DNA of 63,574 nucleotides, counting the filler, from Folioceros fuciformis (taxonomy: Eukaryota), in the NCBI GenBank assembly GCA_049999805.1. It is 10 parts of 10 records of this genome, joined end to end, with 100 filler letters (N's around TTAATTAATTAA, not from the genome) between each part and the next. Parts side by side here need not be neighbours in the genome. Positions count along the whole stretch, not along the records: positions 47,835 to 53,270 come from JBNGIO010003947.1; positions 53,371 to 57,890 come from JBNGIO010003948.1; positions 57,991 to 61,015 come from JBNGIO010003949.1; positions 61,116 to 63,574 come from JBNGIO010003956.1; 6 more parts are not named here. One strand, given 5' to 3'. Under the pieces are notes generated by a model. It saw only the letters and a program-made list of their open reading frames with translations. It made no database searches and had not been told where the DNA came from. Both the position numbers and the translations under genes were made by a program. This document shows, piece after piece, positions 48,936 to 62,503 of the stretch; position 1 is the stretch's first letter; each line of letters starts with the position of its first letter.

Positions 48936-49869
48936 TCCCAGAGGGGGTACCGGAGTGTGGAGGGTGAAGTATGGGTTCCCGTTGGTTGAGTCTGAAAAAA
49001 GGCCATCAAAATGAGGTGCGTGCTTGTGTGTCTCCATGGGCTGTATGCCAGTCCCCCTTCCACAATCAGATATTCTCCTTCGATGTCTGCCTACAGCATG
49101 AGGTAGGAAAATCTAGCCAGGAGAAGGTTCGTGCCCTCTTGTGTTAAAGTAAAGTGCAGGTCGAAAGAAGGCACGTGCTAAGGATCGTATATTGGGTGTC
49201 TGCAGGTGATTGTTTTTGGAACTTGGTAGTGGCTTCGTTTCCTTCTTAGGTCAGTAGGCAAGAATCAGGGGCACCACTAGAAGTAACGGTGTCCTGGCGC
49301 TGCTGAAAGGTGCACATGGCATATCTCGTGCCACCTGTATATCAGTTGTGTGGGTTCTCCGGAGACCTGTGGCTGAAATTGTCTCTGTAAGTATCTGCTG
49401 CCAAGTCACGATCTATAGCAATGTTTGCTAGTTGCAGGTGAATGCGATCTACGAATATTAGGTGTGGGTTGACATGGATCGTGTGTACAGACAGGCAAAG
49501 ATGGGTGCATCTGCAGGATCTCCTATGAGAAAAGATGGGTGCATCTGCAGGATCTCCTTTGAGAAGGGCATCCATCGGCTCCAAGGTGACCTTCATGGAG
49601 TCGTCTGCACTGGGGTAAAAAGAGTCTCAGCTCTTACGCTAGTCGAATATGTGACTCAATCGGGCATTGGGTCCAAAGGAGAAGGGAGGAGGATAGCTGT
49701 TGGTTTCACTGCTGGGGATTTTCTTGTACGGAATCTAGGAAATCAGTGTGAGGCAACATTATCCCATGAGATGTTTCTGGGGTTTTGCATTCCGCTGAAT
49801 TTCTATTTTTAGAGAAAACATTTTTCGGGGAACATGCCGGCAAGGAGGAGGTGGTGATCCCTTGTCACC

Positions 49870-50031
49870 AGATCGAAGTCAGCAGCAGAGCTGTGAGGGA
49901 GATCGAAGGCAGCAGCCTCGCAGATCGATCGAAGGCAGCAGCAGAGCCGCGAGGGAGATCGAAGGCAGCAGCANNNNNNNNNNGAGATCGAAGGCAGCAG
50001 CAGAGCCGCGAGGGAGATCGAAGGCAGCAGG
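49870..50031. repeat. ~30-bp tandem repeat (GAGATCGAAGGCAGCAGCAGAGCCGCGAGG), spans a 10-N gap
   Basis: Direct repeats. Confidence 0.85.
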
Positions 50032-50510
50032 AAGGCTCACAACTCCGTGGTGTTAAAGGATGAAATGCAAAGGATGAATGAGTCAGAGGAGGGTCAGTGC
50101 TGGCGGCGGAAACCTATGAGGAGTGGAAGAGCATTTTAGGGGCCATTCCCTAGACTGTATAATTGGGGTGAGAGACAAAAACACAGTACGAGTATGAGAG
50201 TGGCTGTAGAAGATGGGCATCGGAGCACCTCTAATTAATGATTTGCAGACACTAACTTCAATTAACCAAGTTGCAATAGTAGTCATCTGACTCATTATGT
50301 AGGGGCAACAAGAGAAGCTTCTATTTTTAGAAGCTGGAAGAAATTGAAGGGAGGGAACAAAGCAGCAAAAGACCATAAACGAAAGTGTGAGGAATTGCTA
50401 AGCAAGGCGCAAAATGATTGAAGGTTATGGCTGTTTAGTAGGAAGCTATGGTGAATCAAGTGAAGATGACACATGCCACAATTGAGGAGCTTCAGGATAA
50501 GATTTCTAGG

Positions 50511-53270
50511 TGTGGGGAAAATATTGTACCCACGGGTACCGTGAGGTCCACATAAACCCTCCTTGTCGTTATAGCTTAGGGATTTGATCCCAAAGGAATG
50601 ATTTTGTGTCAAGGAACACGGGTTTTCTTTAAAAGTCAGTTACTACCTAAGGTGGACTCCGTTACTCGATTTTGTGTCAAGGAACACGGGTTTTCTTTAA
50701 AAGTCAGTTACTACCTAAGGTGGACTCCGTTACTTCCACTACCTGCAAGTTCACTACCCCTTCCCTCGTTGTGGCTCAGCTACCATAGACCCTACTCTAC
50801 CACCCAACTCTTATTCAACTACCGGTAGGGGCTCCACAACTACCAACTCTTCGACTAGGGCTCCACAACTACCGACTCTTCAACTACTGGCGGGTCTCCA
50901 CTACCGGTAGACAATTCCACTATCGAGGTGGGACCCACCTCTAGCACCTAACTAACATCCTTCGGTTCCACGGCGCCCCGCGGTTCTATTTATAAGCCTG
51001 GATGCGATCCAGTCGTCCCTTATACTCTTCAGGGTTGCACACACAGCCCGGCAGTCCCTCACTCACCAAAAGACCCGCTGCTTTTCTCATACAACGCTTC
51101 TGCTACACATACCCCCATTTCACTCAGGCATACGGCTTCGTGGTTACGTCCTCACTCTGCCCACACTGCCGCCTAACATTCTCTCAGCACTGCTTCACAT
51201 CGTTATCCTAGTAAGTTCTCCTCACGGTCACACACCAAGACCAGACAACCCGCATTTACCACTCCACTTTCTGTTACTCCTCATGACACTTACGATATTT
51301 CCGCCACTTAACACAACCAGACTTCTCCGGCCTCGTCGCAACCCGCCTATTCAGGATTGGCTTCCCTGCACATACACGCACGACTCCTACACAACCACAG
51401 ACATAGGTAGTCGCCGCCAACAAAACTCACTCAGGCACCTCCCCCGACAGTACGACTCAACACCCGCTCTGAGGCGCAACTCCACCTACTCCTTGGCCTC
51501 TCCTGTGCTCTCGTCTCTACCTCGTCGCCACTCCTGCGACTACGTCATGCACACACACACACAGAGCCCGTTGGCTTAGCACTCATCCTCGACTCCTTCT
51601 CACTCATTCACTTCTCCTTCTTCGACTCACTCCTCCTTCAGATCTCCTTCTTCTTCTCAATGGTTAGATGGTTGGCTAGAATGCCAGGGAATAAGGGACA
51701 CGGTCGCCCGCTCCACTCCGCAGTCGGTGGATTCGTCCCCTCACGTCCTCACTAACACACACAATTGAAGATAACCGGGGTAGCAGGGAAGCGGACTTCC
51801 ACTCGATGAGGGCCTCCCTCCCGATTCGCCCCTGAAATCACTATCGAGCAGCAATTCGCAACCTCGATGCCTCCTCCCATGAATGCTGTGTGCACTCGCC
51901 TACCTGGATCTCCCTATCCAGCAGTGGTCATCGCCAGGATCCTCGAGTCGAAATGTTGATTTTGCTTGCTGCTTTTTCCGAGGCGTCCACAAGCCTCTTG
52001 TACATCGTGTTGGTGGGTCCGCAGCCACCATTAAGTCTGGTCCACGGACAGGGAGCTGCTCTTAATGACATGCAGTGTCAGGTCCAAGAAAAAGCATTTC
52101 CTAGAGATTTTCTACGATTCGAAACTAGGATCCAATTACTATCGCCTATTTTCATCTTCGCGCCCACCTTCTCTTCGACCTTCTCGCTCTTCCTCCTGGC
52201 CGCCCACCTCTGGCTCTCCTTCCCCGCCGTTGGTTGGGAAGGTCCTCCCAGAGGATCTCTACCTCGCTGTCGCTCTTTACTTCTGGCGGTAACGGCGCAG
52301 GTGGGTCCCGCCACAGAGGACTCCTCCTTGCCTCCCGTGGCCTGTTGCTGAGGACGAGAACTGGCTCCTGGTCGACCCACGCTTGCGCCTCCTCCTCCGT
52401 CAGCTCCTCCAAGACTGCTTCGGCATAGTAGTGGGGTAGCCCCCCACACCCAATAGCAGTGGAAGAAGGACCCCTTGCGGGTCCTTAGCTGTAGGCAGTA
52501 GCCTCTTGTCCCTCCTATGCCCACACGCACATGTACAGTTAACTTCAGCACACGGGCTCCATCCACATAGAGGCCGGGCACATAAGTGTCCTCCTTTGGG
52601 TAGTGCAACACAACCTGACCATCTGTTGCAAAGGAAGTGCTTACCCCCTCCTCCCGTGGGCTACTCTGGGCTGTCTGCCCTCTGTCACTTGGAGGCGCTA
52701 GGGGATCTTCCATCCCTCTAGCTGCAACCCCTCCCTGCCTCGCCCTCCTGGTGTGAGTTGCCCTTCCAAACCTCCGAATGGCAGGTTCCTCAGCGGGCGC
52801 CTGTCGCGCAGCAGCCGCATAGCTGCATGCCTACCTAGCCTGTCTACCAAGCTAGGTCACTAAGCTTCCGCCTGCCTGCGATCTCCTTGGCCTTCGGCCC
52901 AGGAGCAACAATCCTAGCCTTAATTTGTCCTTGACCTATGGCCAAGAGCAAGGCTACAAAAAGAGACTAGGTTTGCCTAAGAGAGGCAGACCCGGGACCC
53001 GTCAACAGGTGAAATCAAGCTGGAAAATTCTCCCAACCTGGCAATGCAACGAACCACAAGAACCTCTAGGAGACAAAGACACAGCAGGGACGAAGTATGG
53101 CTGTCTACAGCCTGCGCCATGACACATCACCTTCCACATGTCCACATACATCACATGTCATCCTTCATCTCCATATGCATGCATACATGGCACACATGCA
53201 TATATGGCATACATGTCATGTGCAGGCCATCCATGGGCCATGTACATGACATCATCAAGCACTTCAGCAT
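50511..53270. mobile_element. Probable LTR-element portion (family C, starts TGTGGGG...GTACC..GAGGTCCACA), with a 68-bp tandem duplication at ~50600-50733
   Basis: The start matches 63517-63570. Contains a frameshifted unknown ORF at 52078-52713 (-). Right boundary unknown. Confidence 0.4.
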
Positions 53271-54089
53271 NNNNNNNNNNNNNNNNNNNNNNNNNNNNNN
53301 NNNNNNNNNNNNNNTTAATTAATTAANNNNNNNNNNNNNNNNNNNNNNNNNNNNNNNNNNNNNNNNNNNNCTTCTAGACATGTTCTTAGAGGTTGCTTGT
53401 TCCTCTAGGATGAGTGTGTGAGATGTAAATAAGAAATCAAGGTGGTAATGGAGGATGATAATCTATCCATGTACACCATAAGTTATTAATAAACAGGATG
53501 AGCCAATAGAAGGTGGTTGTAATGAAGTTGTCAAATCTAACGGTGAGGTATGTTCTGTGTATATATTAGTATATTAAAATGTAATAAATATTTTATTATT
53601 AAGTTTAGTATATATATACTTAACATTATATTGAAGTTGATAAATAATTAGTACCAAGATATATACATATATAACTCTTATTTTAATAATTATGTATAAT
53701 TTTAAAAAGAGAATAAAAATAATCTTATATGTAAGATTATGTAGTACAAATATGGATGTATTGGCTTGCTGCTCACCAGCAAGCCAATACATCCATATTT
53801 GCCATTGCACTCTAGTGTACACCAAGCACAAGCCTCATTCGTCTATCTATGACAAAAAGGGTGTGGTTTACACAATGGCCACGGTGACGTGCACGCGGCG
53901 GTACATGCCATGCCAGCCTTGCAGACACGACATACCATAGATCGTTCACTAGTTTAGGGTTTAGGGTACGCTTTACGTACAGCTCCCTCGCTGGGTGCGG
54001 AATGCAAGGCACACCACAACATGGCTGCAAGGGTCAATTGTAGACACTAAGTTCCGACATCCGGCCCCTATCCTCTAACCCCGCCAAAT

Positions 54090-55271
54090 TGTAGGGTTAT
54101 TAAAGCCCAATGTGCTTAGACTAATGTGTTTAGTCTAAGATTAGTGTCTAGTTAAGTATCATTAGTTTAGATTAGTTTAAGCTAATATGTAGGAAGCTTC
54201 TTGTGTAGCTTCCTATGCGCTTCTTGTGAAGCTTCCTAGGGAGCTCTTCTAGAGGGTATATAAACCCCCTTGAGCTCTCTTGCTGTTGAGATATTGTGAG
54301 AGTGTGACCTCTCTTTCTCCTCTCCTGCTTGCTTCCTCCTCTCCTCCTCTTCTCCTTCACCATGCAGCTGCTCTAGCAGTCCTTCAACTGGTATCAGAGC
54401 AGGAAGCATTGGGAGGCAATGAAAGGAGTTATGAGGTACGTAAATGGTACAAAAGCTTTGTGCTTATGTTTTGGTAGTGAAGATGCATTTGTCGTGGGAT
54501 ATACGGATGTTGATTATGCAGGGGATATGGACAAAAGGAGGTCCACATCAAGTTATGTCTTCATGTGCACTGGAGGAGCAGTCTCATGGCGATCTCGTTT
54601 GCAATCGTGCATAGCGCTATCTACCACAGAGGCCGAGTATGTTGCAGCGACTGAGGCTTGTAAGGAAGCCATGTGGCTTGCTCATTTAGTGGGAGATTTG
54701 GGGATCAAGGTTGAGCTGCCACTGTTGCATTGTGATAGCCAGAGTGCTATTCAATTGGGGAAGAATCCAGTGTTTCATGCGAAGACCAAACATGTGGAAG
54801 TGAAGTATCACGTCATTCGAGAGGTGTTGGAAGACAAGAGCGTACAGCTTGTCAAAGTTCACACCAGTCAGAAACCTGCAGATGTTCTTACCAAAGGGCT
54901 CTCTACGGAGCAATTTGCACAAGCTCGGACACTCATGGGCATGAGGTAGACCACTCTCCTATGAAGGTAAATTGGCCTTTAAGTGAGAGGTTGTAGGGTT
55001 ATTAAAGCCCAATGTGTTTAGACTAATGTGTCTAAGATTAGTGTATAGTTAAGTATCATTAATTTAGATTAGCTTAAGCTAATATGTAGGAAGCTTCTTG
55101 TGCGCTTCTTGTGAAGCTTCGTAGGGAGCTCTTCTAGAGGGTATATAAACCCCCTTGAGCTCCCTTGCTATTGAGACATTGTGAGAGTGTGACCTCTCTT
55201 TCTCCTTTTCTCCTTGCTTCCTCCTCTCCTCCTCTTCTCCTTTACCATGCAGCTCCTCTAGCGGTCCTTCA
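54090..55271 (+). mobile_element. Miniature internally deleted copia element (LTR-PBS-RNase H-PPT-LTR)
   Basis: LTRs at 54090-54386 and 54992-55271; PBS TGGTATCAGAGC at 54389-54400; RNase H ORF 54419-54949; PPT ~54981-54990; near-TSD CAAAT/CCAAT. Confidence 0.92.
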
Positions 55272-56599
55272 CCAATATCTTGGGATGTCGCTGCCTCCTT
55301 GCGAAGGCCGGAAAGGAAGTCTAAAACATGCTTTTTGGTCTGCATGTTTAGATCATCGAACAATTTCACTGCTTGTCTGTTCTGTTGTAGTTCCCCTAGA
55401 CGAACACAATCGAGCAACGCATAATACCATTCTGGCCACTTTCCAACCTTGGTTGTCGCTCCATACGCATGCAACTGCATGAACCACACTCTCAGGTAAT
55501 GGATTGATTGTGGTCGCACCCTCCCTACATACACTGTGTAGTCACCTGGTGCCCAAGTGTCAAACACTTGATGCATGAAGACATGACATTCCACCAGTCG
55601 GTATGCTCTGTTGCAATAGTTTGTCCACCTCCACTCCGCACCGCTTGCCCCCCAACTATGCAGCTGGTAGAGTGTGAGCACTTTTTGCAGAAACCCATCC
55701 ATTTGCAGGCACTGGCGCTCATATCTTAAAGGATGGCTAGGAACTCAGACAGTTCCCAATAGATCGTTGGAACCATTGGCCACCCTGCAATGTACTCCCG
55801 CTGGCACATCATTTTCCAGCCTTCCGCTGCATCACGATGCCCTAGGCGTGAAGGCAGGTGAGCCGTGGATGTGGTCACCCTTTGCACAATTGCAAGCCAT
55901 CAACCCCGCTGCAAGCTCAGTTCCCACAACAAATAGCTCCTGCTCTGGTCTGCAATCGGGAGCTCCTGATTGTTCCGAAATGCTGTGCCAGAAACTTAAC
56001 ACACTCTGTTCAATTGGGACGATTCTTTAAAGGCTGTGTCCCTTTCGGTCTACAAAGAGGTTAGAGATATTTAAAAAAAATTGCTATACGATATATACGT
56101 AAGGTTGGATGATGTAGAGTAGAGTAAGGTAGAGTAAGAGTAGAGTATAGAGTAGAGTATAGCAAGGTAGAGTAGAGGAATATTTTTTAGATGGTACGAA
56201 ATATTCACATATAAAATATATATTCTAACAAAAAAAATATGAGTCCCTGTCCGCATGGGTATTCCATATAGACAGTCTAGGTAGATTCTAATAGAATTCT
56301 TCTCTTCCTTTAGCTTCAAAATCAATGTGTTAGTACCTTTTTAGCCTTTGGTCTTGTTGTTCTCCATTTTTAATAGATAGAACTTTTCATCTTTTTTGAA
56401 TAATAAAAATATATTTTTGAATAATAATATATATATTTGAATAATAAAAAATCAACGATCAATCAGTTTGTTCAACCCAGTTGGATTGAAAGCTTCCAAG
56501 ATAGAGCAGCTTCCAAGAAAGAGCCAGAGTAGCTGTCACTTCTCTGGCATCCCAAAGGCTTCTTTCTCACTTCTCTGTCACCCCGAAGGCTTCTTTCTC

Positions 56600-57802
56600 A
56601 ACCTGTCCGAGGAATTCTCTGTAGTTTCGAGGAGTAGATCGGCATGGAGCACGCAACGAACATCTTTCTCCGTCACAATACCCTATGCCAGACACCCTTG
56701 GCACCTCCAAACCGTCCTGTTCTACCCAGGATTTAGGGTACCGTGTGGTAGGAGATCTCACATTGCACCAGGAAGCATGGCCGGGCCTAGAGTTGGCACA
56801 CAGATTCCACTGAGCGTAGCAGAATTAGAGCATTTTGCCTACGGACATACGGATTTGCGAGGATGTACATGCGCACCTGGGGTAGAGAATAGGCGATTCC
56901 AATGCCATGCCCTCTCTTGTTCTTGGATCGTCATCGAGAGGTCCGAAATGGTGTCGTGCTCATCCAATGGCTAAACGATCCTGCTCTTGTTTATTGGAAC
57001 TCCAAGCAAGGTCGAAACGTACCAGTGTAGGCAGCGACGACTCGACATGCTGGTCTTGATGGCTCAATCCCTTTTCANNNNNNNNNNNNNNNNNNNNNNN
57101 NNNNNNNNNNNNNNNNNNNNNNNNNNNNNNNNNNNNNNNNNNNNNNNNNNNNNNNNNNNNNNNNNNNNNNNNNNNNNCAACCTCCCCGAGGAATTCTGTA
57201 TAGTTCTATAGTTTCGAGGAGTAGATCTGCAGGTTCTTTTGTTTCCAGGGGTAGATCTCCAGGGGTCGATATGCAGGGAGCACGCAACGAACATGTTTCT
57301 GTCACAATACCCGATGCCAGACACCCCTGGCAGCTCCAAACCGTCCTGATAACCTAGGTACCCAGGGTTTAGGGTACCATCTGGTACGAGATCTCAACAA
57401 TGCAGCTTGAAGGATGGCCGGGCCTAGAGTTGGCAGAGAAACTCCACCGCGCGTAGCACAATTAGATAGCTTTGCCTACGAACGTACGCATTTGCGAGGA
57501 AGTACATGCGCATCTGGTGTAGAGGATAGGAGATTCCAATGCCATGCCCTCTCCTGTTCTTCGATCGTGATCGAGAGGTACGAAATGGTGTCGTCCTCAT
57601 CCAATGGCTAAACAATCCGGCTTTTGCTTTTACGGGACATGAGGGACACGCTGGCTGCTGCAAGCTGGCCATGGGAGGAGTTAAACTCAAGATGGAATCC
57701 ATGGAGTACGCACCCGCCATTGGAACTCCAAGCAAGGTCGAAACCTACCAGTGTAGGCAGCGACGACTCGACAAGCTGGTCTTGACGGCTCAATCCCTTT
57801 TC
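56600..57802. repeat. Diverged tandem duplication of a ~500-600-bp unit (56600-57077 and 57178-57802)
   Basis: Shared blocks, e.g. ATGGCCGGGCCTAGAGTTGGCA and CTCCAAGCAAGGTCGAAAC, with indels. Confidence 0.85.
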
Positions 57803-57990
57803 AGAGAGTCCTGGTTGAATTTGAGTTCACCAAGCAGCCTGTCCAGCCAGCCTTTCTGTGCGTTGGATCCTTTTCTGCCCTTCAAGATCTNNNNNNNNNN
57901 NNNNNNNNNNNNNNNNNNNNNNNNNNNNNNNNNNTTAATTAATTAANNNNNNNNNNNNNNNNNNNNNNNNNNNNNNNNNNNNNNNNNNNN

Positions 57991-58212
57991 GTCTCAACGA
58001 CAGTGGGATAAGTGTGGCCACTAAAGGTGGAACCCGTCGGCAATCAGTGCCCGGGGTTTTGCCTCCACAGCAACACACAGCTGTCGAGTAATACCAAACT
58101 GCCGAAACATGTGATCAAACTTATGAGCTATAAATTTTCCTCCATTATCTGTCCGGAAACAGTTGACCAATTTTCTTGTTTGATGTTGAACCATTGTAAT
58201 CGAGGAAGCAAT
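57991..58212 (-). mobile_element. Family-B LTR start (57991-58069) inserted in a copia integrase fragment
   Basis: FRTDNGGKF motif; reverse complement of 46901-46980. Confidence 0.75.
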
Positions 58213-59951
58213 TGTAGGATCGCTACAAGGAGCCACATGGTGAAGGAGGAGAGGAGGAGAGGCAAGGAGATGGAGAAAGAGACGTCACACTTTCACAATA
58301 GAGTCTCAATAGCAAGGGAGCTCAAGAGGGTATTTATACCCTCTAGAAGAGCTCTCTAGGAAGCTTCACGAGAAGCACACAGGAAGCTGCGCAAGAAGCT
58401 TCCTAAAGATTAGCTTAAGCTAATCAAAACTAATGGTACTTAACTAGACACTAATCTTAGACTAAACACGTTAGTCTAATAACATTGGGCTTTAATAACC
58501 CTACAACCTCCCCCTTACAGGCCAATTTAACTTCATAAGAGAGCGGTCTACCTCATGCCCATGAGTGTCTGAGCTTGTGCGAATTGCTCCAAAGAGAGCC
58601 CCTTGGTAAGAACATCTGCAGGGTTCTGACTGGTGTGAACTTTGACAAGTTGTACCCTCTTGTCTTCCAACACCCTCGAATGAAGTGATAGTTCACTTCC
58701 ACATGTTTGGTCTTCGCATGAAACATTGGATTCTTCGCCAGTTGGATAACACTCTGGCTATCATAATGCAACACTGGCAGCTCAACCTTGATCCCCAAAT
58801 CTCCCACTAAACGAGCAAAGCCACATGGCTTTCTTGCGTGCCTCAATGGCTGCAACATACTTGACCTCCGTGGTAGATAGCGTTATGCACAATTGCAAAC
58901 ACGATCGCCATGAGACTGCCCCTCCAGTGCACATGAACACATACCGGATGTGGACCTCCTTTTGTCCATATCTCCTGCATAATCAACATCCGTATATCCC
59001 ACGACAGATGCATCTTCACTGCCAAAACATATGCACAAAGCTTTTGTACCATTGAAGTACCTCATAACTGCTTTCACTGCCTCCCAATGCTTTCTGCTAG
59101 GGTTTGACATAAACCTGCTAACCACTCGCACTGCAAACGCAATGTCAGGACGCGTAGCAATCATTGCATACATCCAACTCCCCACAGCTGATGAGTATGG
59201 AACCTTCTCCATTTCAGCTTTGTCCTCTGCAGAACTTGGGCAATCTTTGCTCGAAAGTTTCACATATGGAGGCAACGGAGTACTCAATACCTTCCCCTTC
59301 TCCATATTGAAACGTTGAAGCACCTTGTTAATGTATTCAGTCTGAGACAAGGAAGGCAAATGCTTCTGTCTGTCTCGACGAATACGCATGCCAAGAATAT
59401 GGCTTGCCTCTCCCAAGTCTGTCATGTCAAAGCGAGCATTCAACTTTGACTTCAACGCTGAAATCTCATCACTGTTAGTCCCAGCAATTAGCATATCATC
59501 CACATAGAGGACCAGAATGAGCAAGCTTCCATCCTTAGCTTGCTTCGTATAGATGCAATGATCCTCATCGCTACGTTTGTAGCCTTGAGAAAGCATGAAC
59601 GAGTGGAATTTGAAATACCACTCCCTGGGTGCCTGCTCCAAACCATAAAGGCTCTTCTTTAACCTACACACCAGACTCTCTTTGCCCTTCTCAATGAAAC
59701 CCTCTAGTTGCTGCATGTAAATCTCTTCCTAGAGATCACCATGCAGAAATGCCGACTCCACATCCATCTGGATAAGTTCCATGTCGTGCCTCACAACCAG
59801 ACCAAGGACACATCGCAAGGTGGTCTTTTTGACAACTGGCGAGAAAATCTCATCAAAGTCAATACCTTGCTGTTGCTTAAAACCCTTAGCAACCAATCGT
59901 GCCTTGTACTTGGGTTTGCCATAATGGGGTATGTCCTTCATCTTATACACC
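58213..59951 (-). mobile_element. Ty1/copia RT, RNase H, PPT and 3' LTR (58213-58505); same family as the mini-element at 54090
   Basis: QMDVESAFLHG, SLYGLEQAPREW, LYVDDML. LTR and RNase H align with 54090-55271. Confidence 0.92.
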
Positions 59952-60780
59952 TGTGAACGAAAAAAACTTTCGGAACCCCCATTTTGAGCGACGGAATGAG
60001 CAGGTTGTGATTTTTCTTGTGAAGGGACAGGCGAATCGGCTTAGTAGGTAGATAAGACCAGGGTGTTTATGCCCAAAGTCCCTCTTGGGCTTCGGGGTTT
60101 GGGATGTACTGGAGACCAGAACAAGGAGGAGGAATGAGCGAGTGCCTCCTTGCCTCTCGGGTCATTGAGAACATTAAGGACCAGGTCTGTAGGTAGGTGA
60201 GGGGGGTATGTCCGTGGCCTTTGGTNNNNNNNNNNNNNNNNNNNNNNNNNNNNNNNNNNNNNNNNNNNNNNNNNNNNNNNNNNNNNNNNNNNNNNNNNNN
60301 NNNNNNNNNNNNNNNNNNNNNNNNNTAGGGAACATGCCAGTTGTGGACTTAGATAAAAGTAAGGGCCGAGACGACGGGGCGACGGTAGTCGGTAGGGCAA
60401 CCATTGCCGCAGGGACAACTGATGGTAGCCTGACGGGCGGTAAGGAGAGAAAGCAAGCAGGGCATAAAAACCCTAGAGAAAGGGGAGCTTTGTCCAGCAT
60501 CCAAAAGCGCGGGGAGTGGGAGTGACTTGAAGCGTGAAGCGGCTGAAAGAAGAGAAAGCGCCAGGACGATGGGACAGACGGCGCAGGGCGTGAGGGTCGA
60601 GCAGGCACAGGGGAGTGGGAGACCTCCAAGGCGCGAGCGGTGGAGAGAGCTGGGCGAATAGAGGAAGAGCCAGAGCATGACCAAGACAGAAGAGTTCCGA
60701 GCCCAAGCATGAGGGGAGGAGGACAGGCAGGATGAGGTTGCGGCCTGAACTGATTCCTGGAGCAGCAGCCTCTAGATAGG
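59952..60780 (+). mobile_element. Family-A LTR inserted in copia RT (right end uncertain)
   Basis: TGTGAACG start shared with 1-125 and 63289. Confidence 0.7.
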
Positions 60781-61960
60781 AGGGGGGACCTCCTGTCCCC
60801 CGAATCGACCTACTCCTGTGGCCAAATATGGAGCACTATATAGAAATATATATAAAAACATTTAAGAGTATTTTAAAGTATATTTAAATAGTGACCCTTA
60901 GTTTAGAATTTAAATAGGCAAAATATTCAAGGTATGAAACGTCACAACGTTTCATACCATCGTGACCATTCTAAGCGACACGTTCTTTCATGAACGGTCG
61001 CAACCCTACAGTCCTNNNNNNNNNNNNNNNNNNNNNNNNNNNNNNNNNNNNNNNNNNNNTTAATTAATTAANNNNNNNNNNNNNNNNNNNNNNNNNNNNN
61101 NNNNNNNNNNNNNNNTTCCAGGACTCATGGGAGGCGGAAGGGGAGGGGGAGCCCAATCTCTGTCCGTTACCCCTCCCAGCTGTTTCCTTAGGGATCAGTG
61201 CCGCATTCGGTGAACAAGGGGGGGGCTCTATCCCTCCCAACAGTAACCCAGGAGTTATTCCGAATGCTCTGGGCAGGGATACCCTCCAGGCTTGAAGCCG
61301 CAGCTGTTAAGGATGCTTGAGGTTGGATAGCCAGAGGTCGTGGAGCAACATGTAAGTTCCCTGAAGTTGTGATCTTCGGGGGATTTCTGCCCTAGCCGAG
61401 AGTTGTGATCTTTGGGGGATTGCTGCCCCAACTAAGCTGCGTGGTAAGTGCCTTGGCCAGAATACAAGTGTTGTAAGTGACCTTGCCCTTGCCTCTAATC
61501 ACATCCCTTGTGGCCTGTCTCATCATGTCATCCCTAATCCAATTCTTCTTGCTCTTAGGGCTGGAGTCGAAGTCTTCTTCAACTTCGTAGAAGAAGCAAA
61601 AGAACACTGTTGCAGTATAATTGTCATTGCTATGTAATACTGCAAAAGCTGGATGAGAGATCACTTTATCAGCCTGTTGCGCAAGGGCCAAGTCAGGGCA
61701 GTCCTTCTAAATGATAGAATGAAGCTTGCTTTCCGCTGCATCCCACATCTACGTTTCAACCTCAGTATTTTTTTCGGGTTTGAAGATTGCACATGGGATA
61801 GCTATGAACCGCTCTTTGTTCAATATCCAGTAAAATGGACTTTTGACTTTTTTTGAGGAACATACATACTCTGATTGTGGTAAAGTCCCCCACCAGCTGG
61901 TCAAACAATTGAGCACCCCATTTGCAGCATGTCTGATTGAAATCTGTATTGTTAACTACC

Positions 61961-62503
61961 CTATGTTGTCGAGGCAGTGTACTCGTATCCTGTCATGGTA
62001 GTCAGACTGGATGATGGTGGAAGGCCAGTGCGGTGCCATACGATGAAGGGGCAAGCACCGTGCAAATGATCAGCACGACCACACTTTTTGCAGCGTGTAG
62101 GTAAGTTCGCGTCGTTGAAATACTGCACAATGTCTCTATGAGGGAACTCCGGTGATTCAATGGTGACACTAGTGGGGAGCTCAACTATGCNNNNNNNNNN
62201 NNNNNNNNNNNNNNNNNNNNNNNNNNNNNNNNNNNNNNNNNNNNNNNNNNNNNNNNNNNNNNNNNNNNNNNNNNNNNNNNNNNNNNNNNNGATCTTGCAT
62301 CTGTGCACTCTGAGAAAAAACTTCACCGACTGTCGCCACCATCTCCTCTGCAAACTCAAAAAGGTCTGGGGTGAGACTTGGGAGTTCCACCCACACAAAT
62401 CTGCGGCCATTTGGGCCTTTAGATGAGGATGATGGGGCCATCCCTGATAATTTGGGGTACTTTGATGAAGAGGCATGTGATGCAGAGGGATTTGGCAAAG
62501 CAA
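61961..62503 (-). mobile_element. L1-type LINE ORF1 fragment (DUF4283-like region and zinc knuckle)
   Basis: VWVELPSL...EMVATVGEV and CKKCGRADHLHGACP. Confidence 0.65.

Noticed and set aside
53120-53270. Cluster of CATG/CATGCA (RY-like) motifs
   Set aside because: Lies in a TE-like context at a contig end with no linked gene; low-complexity sequence.
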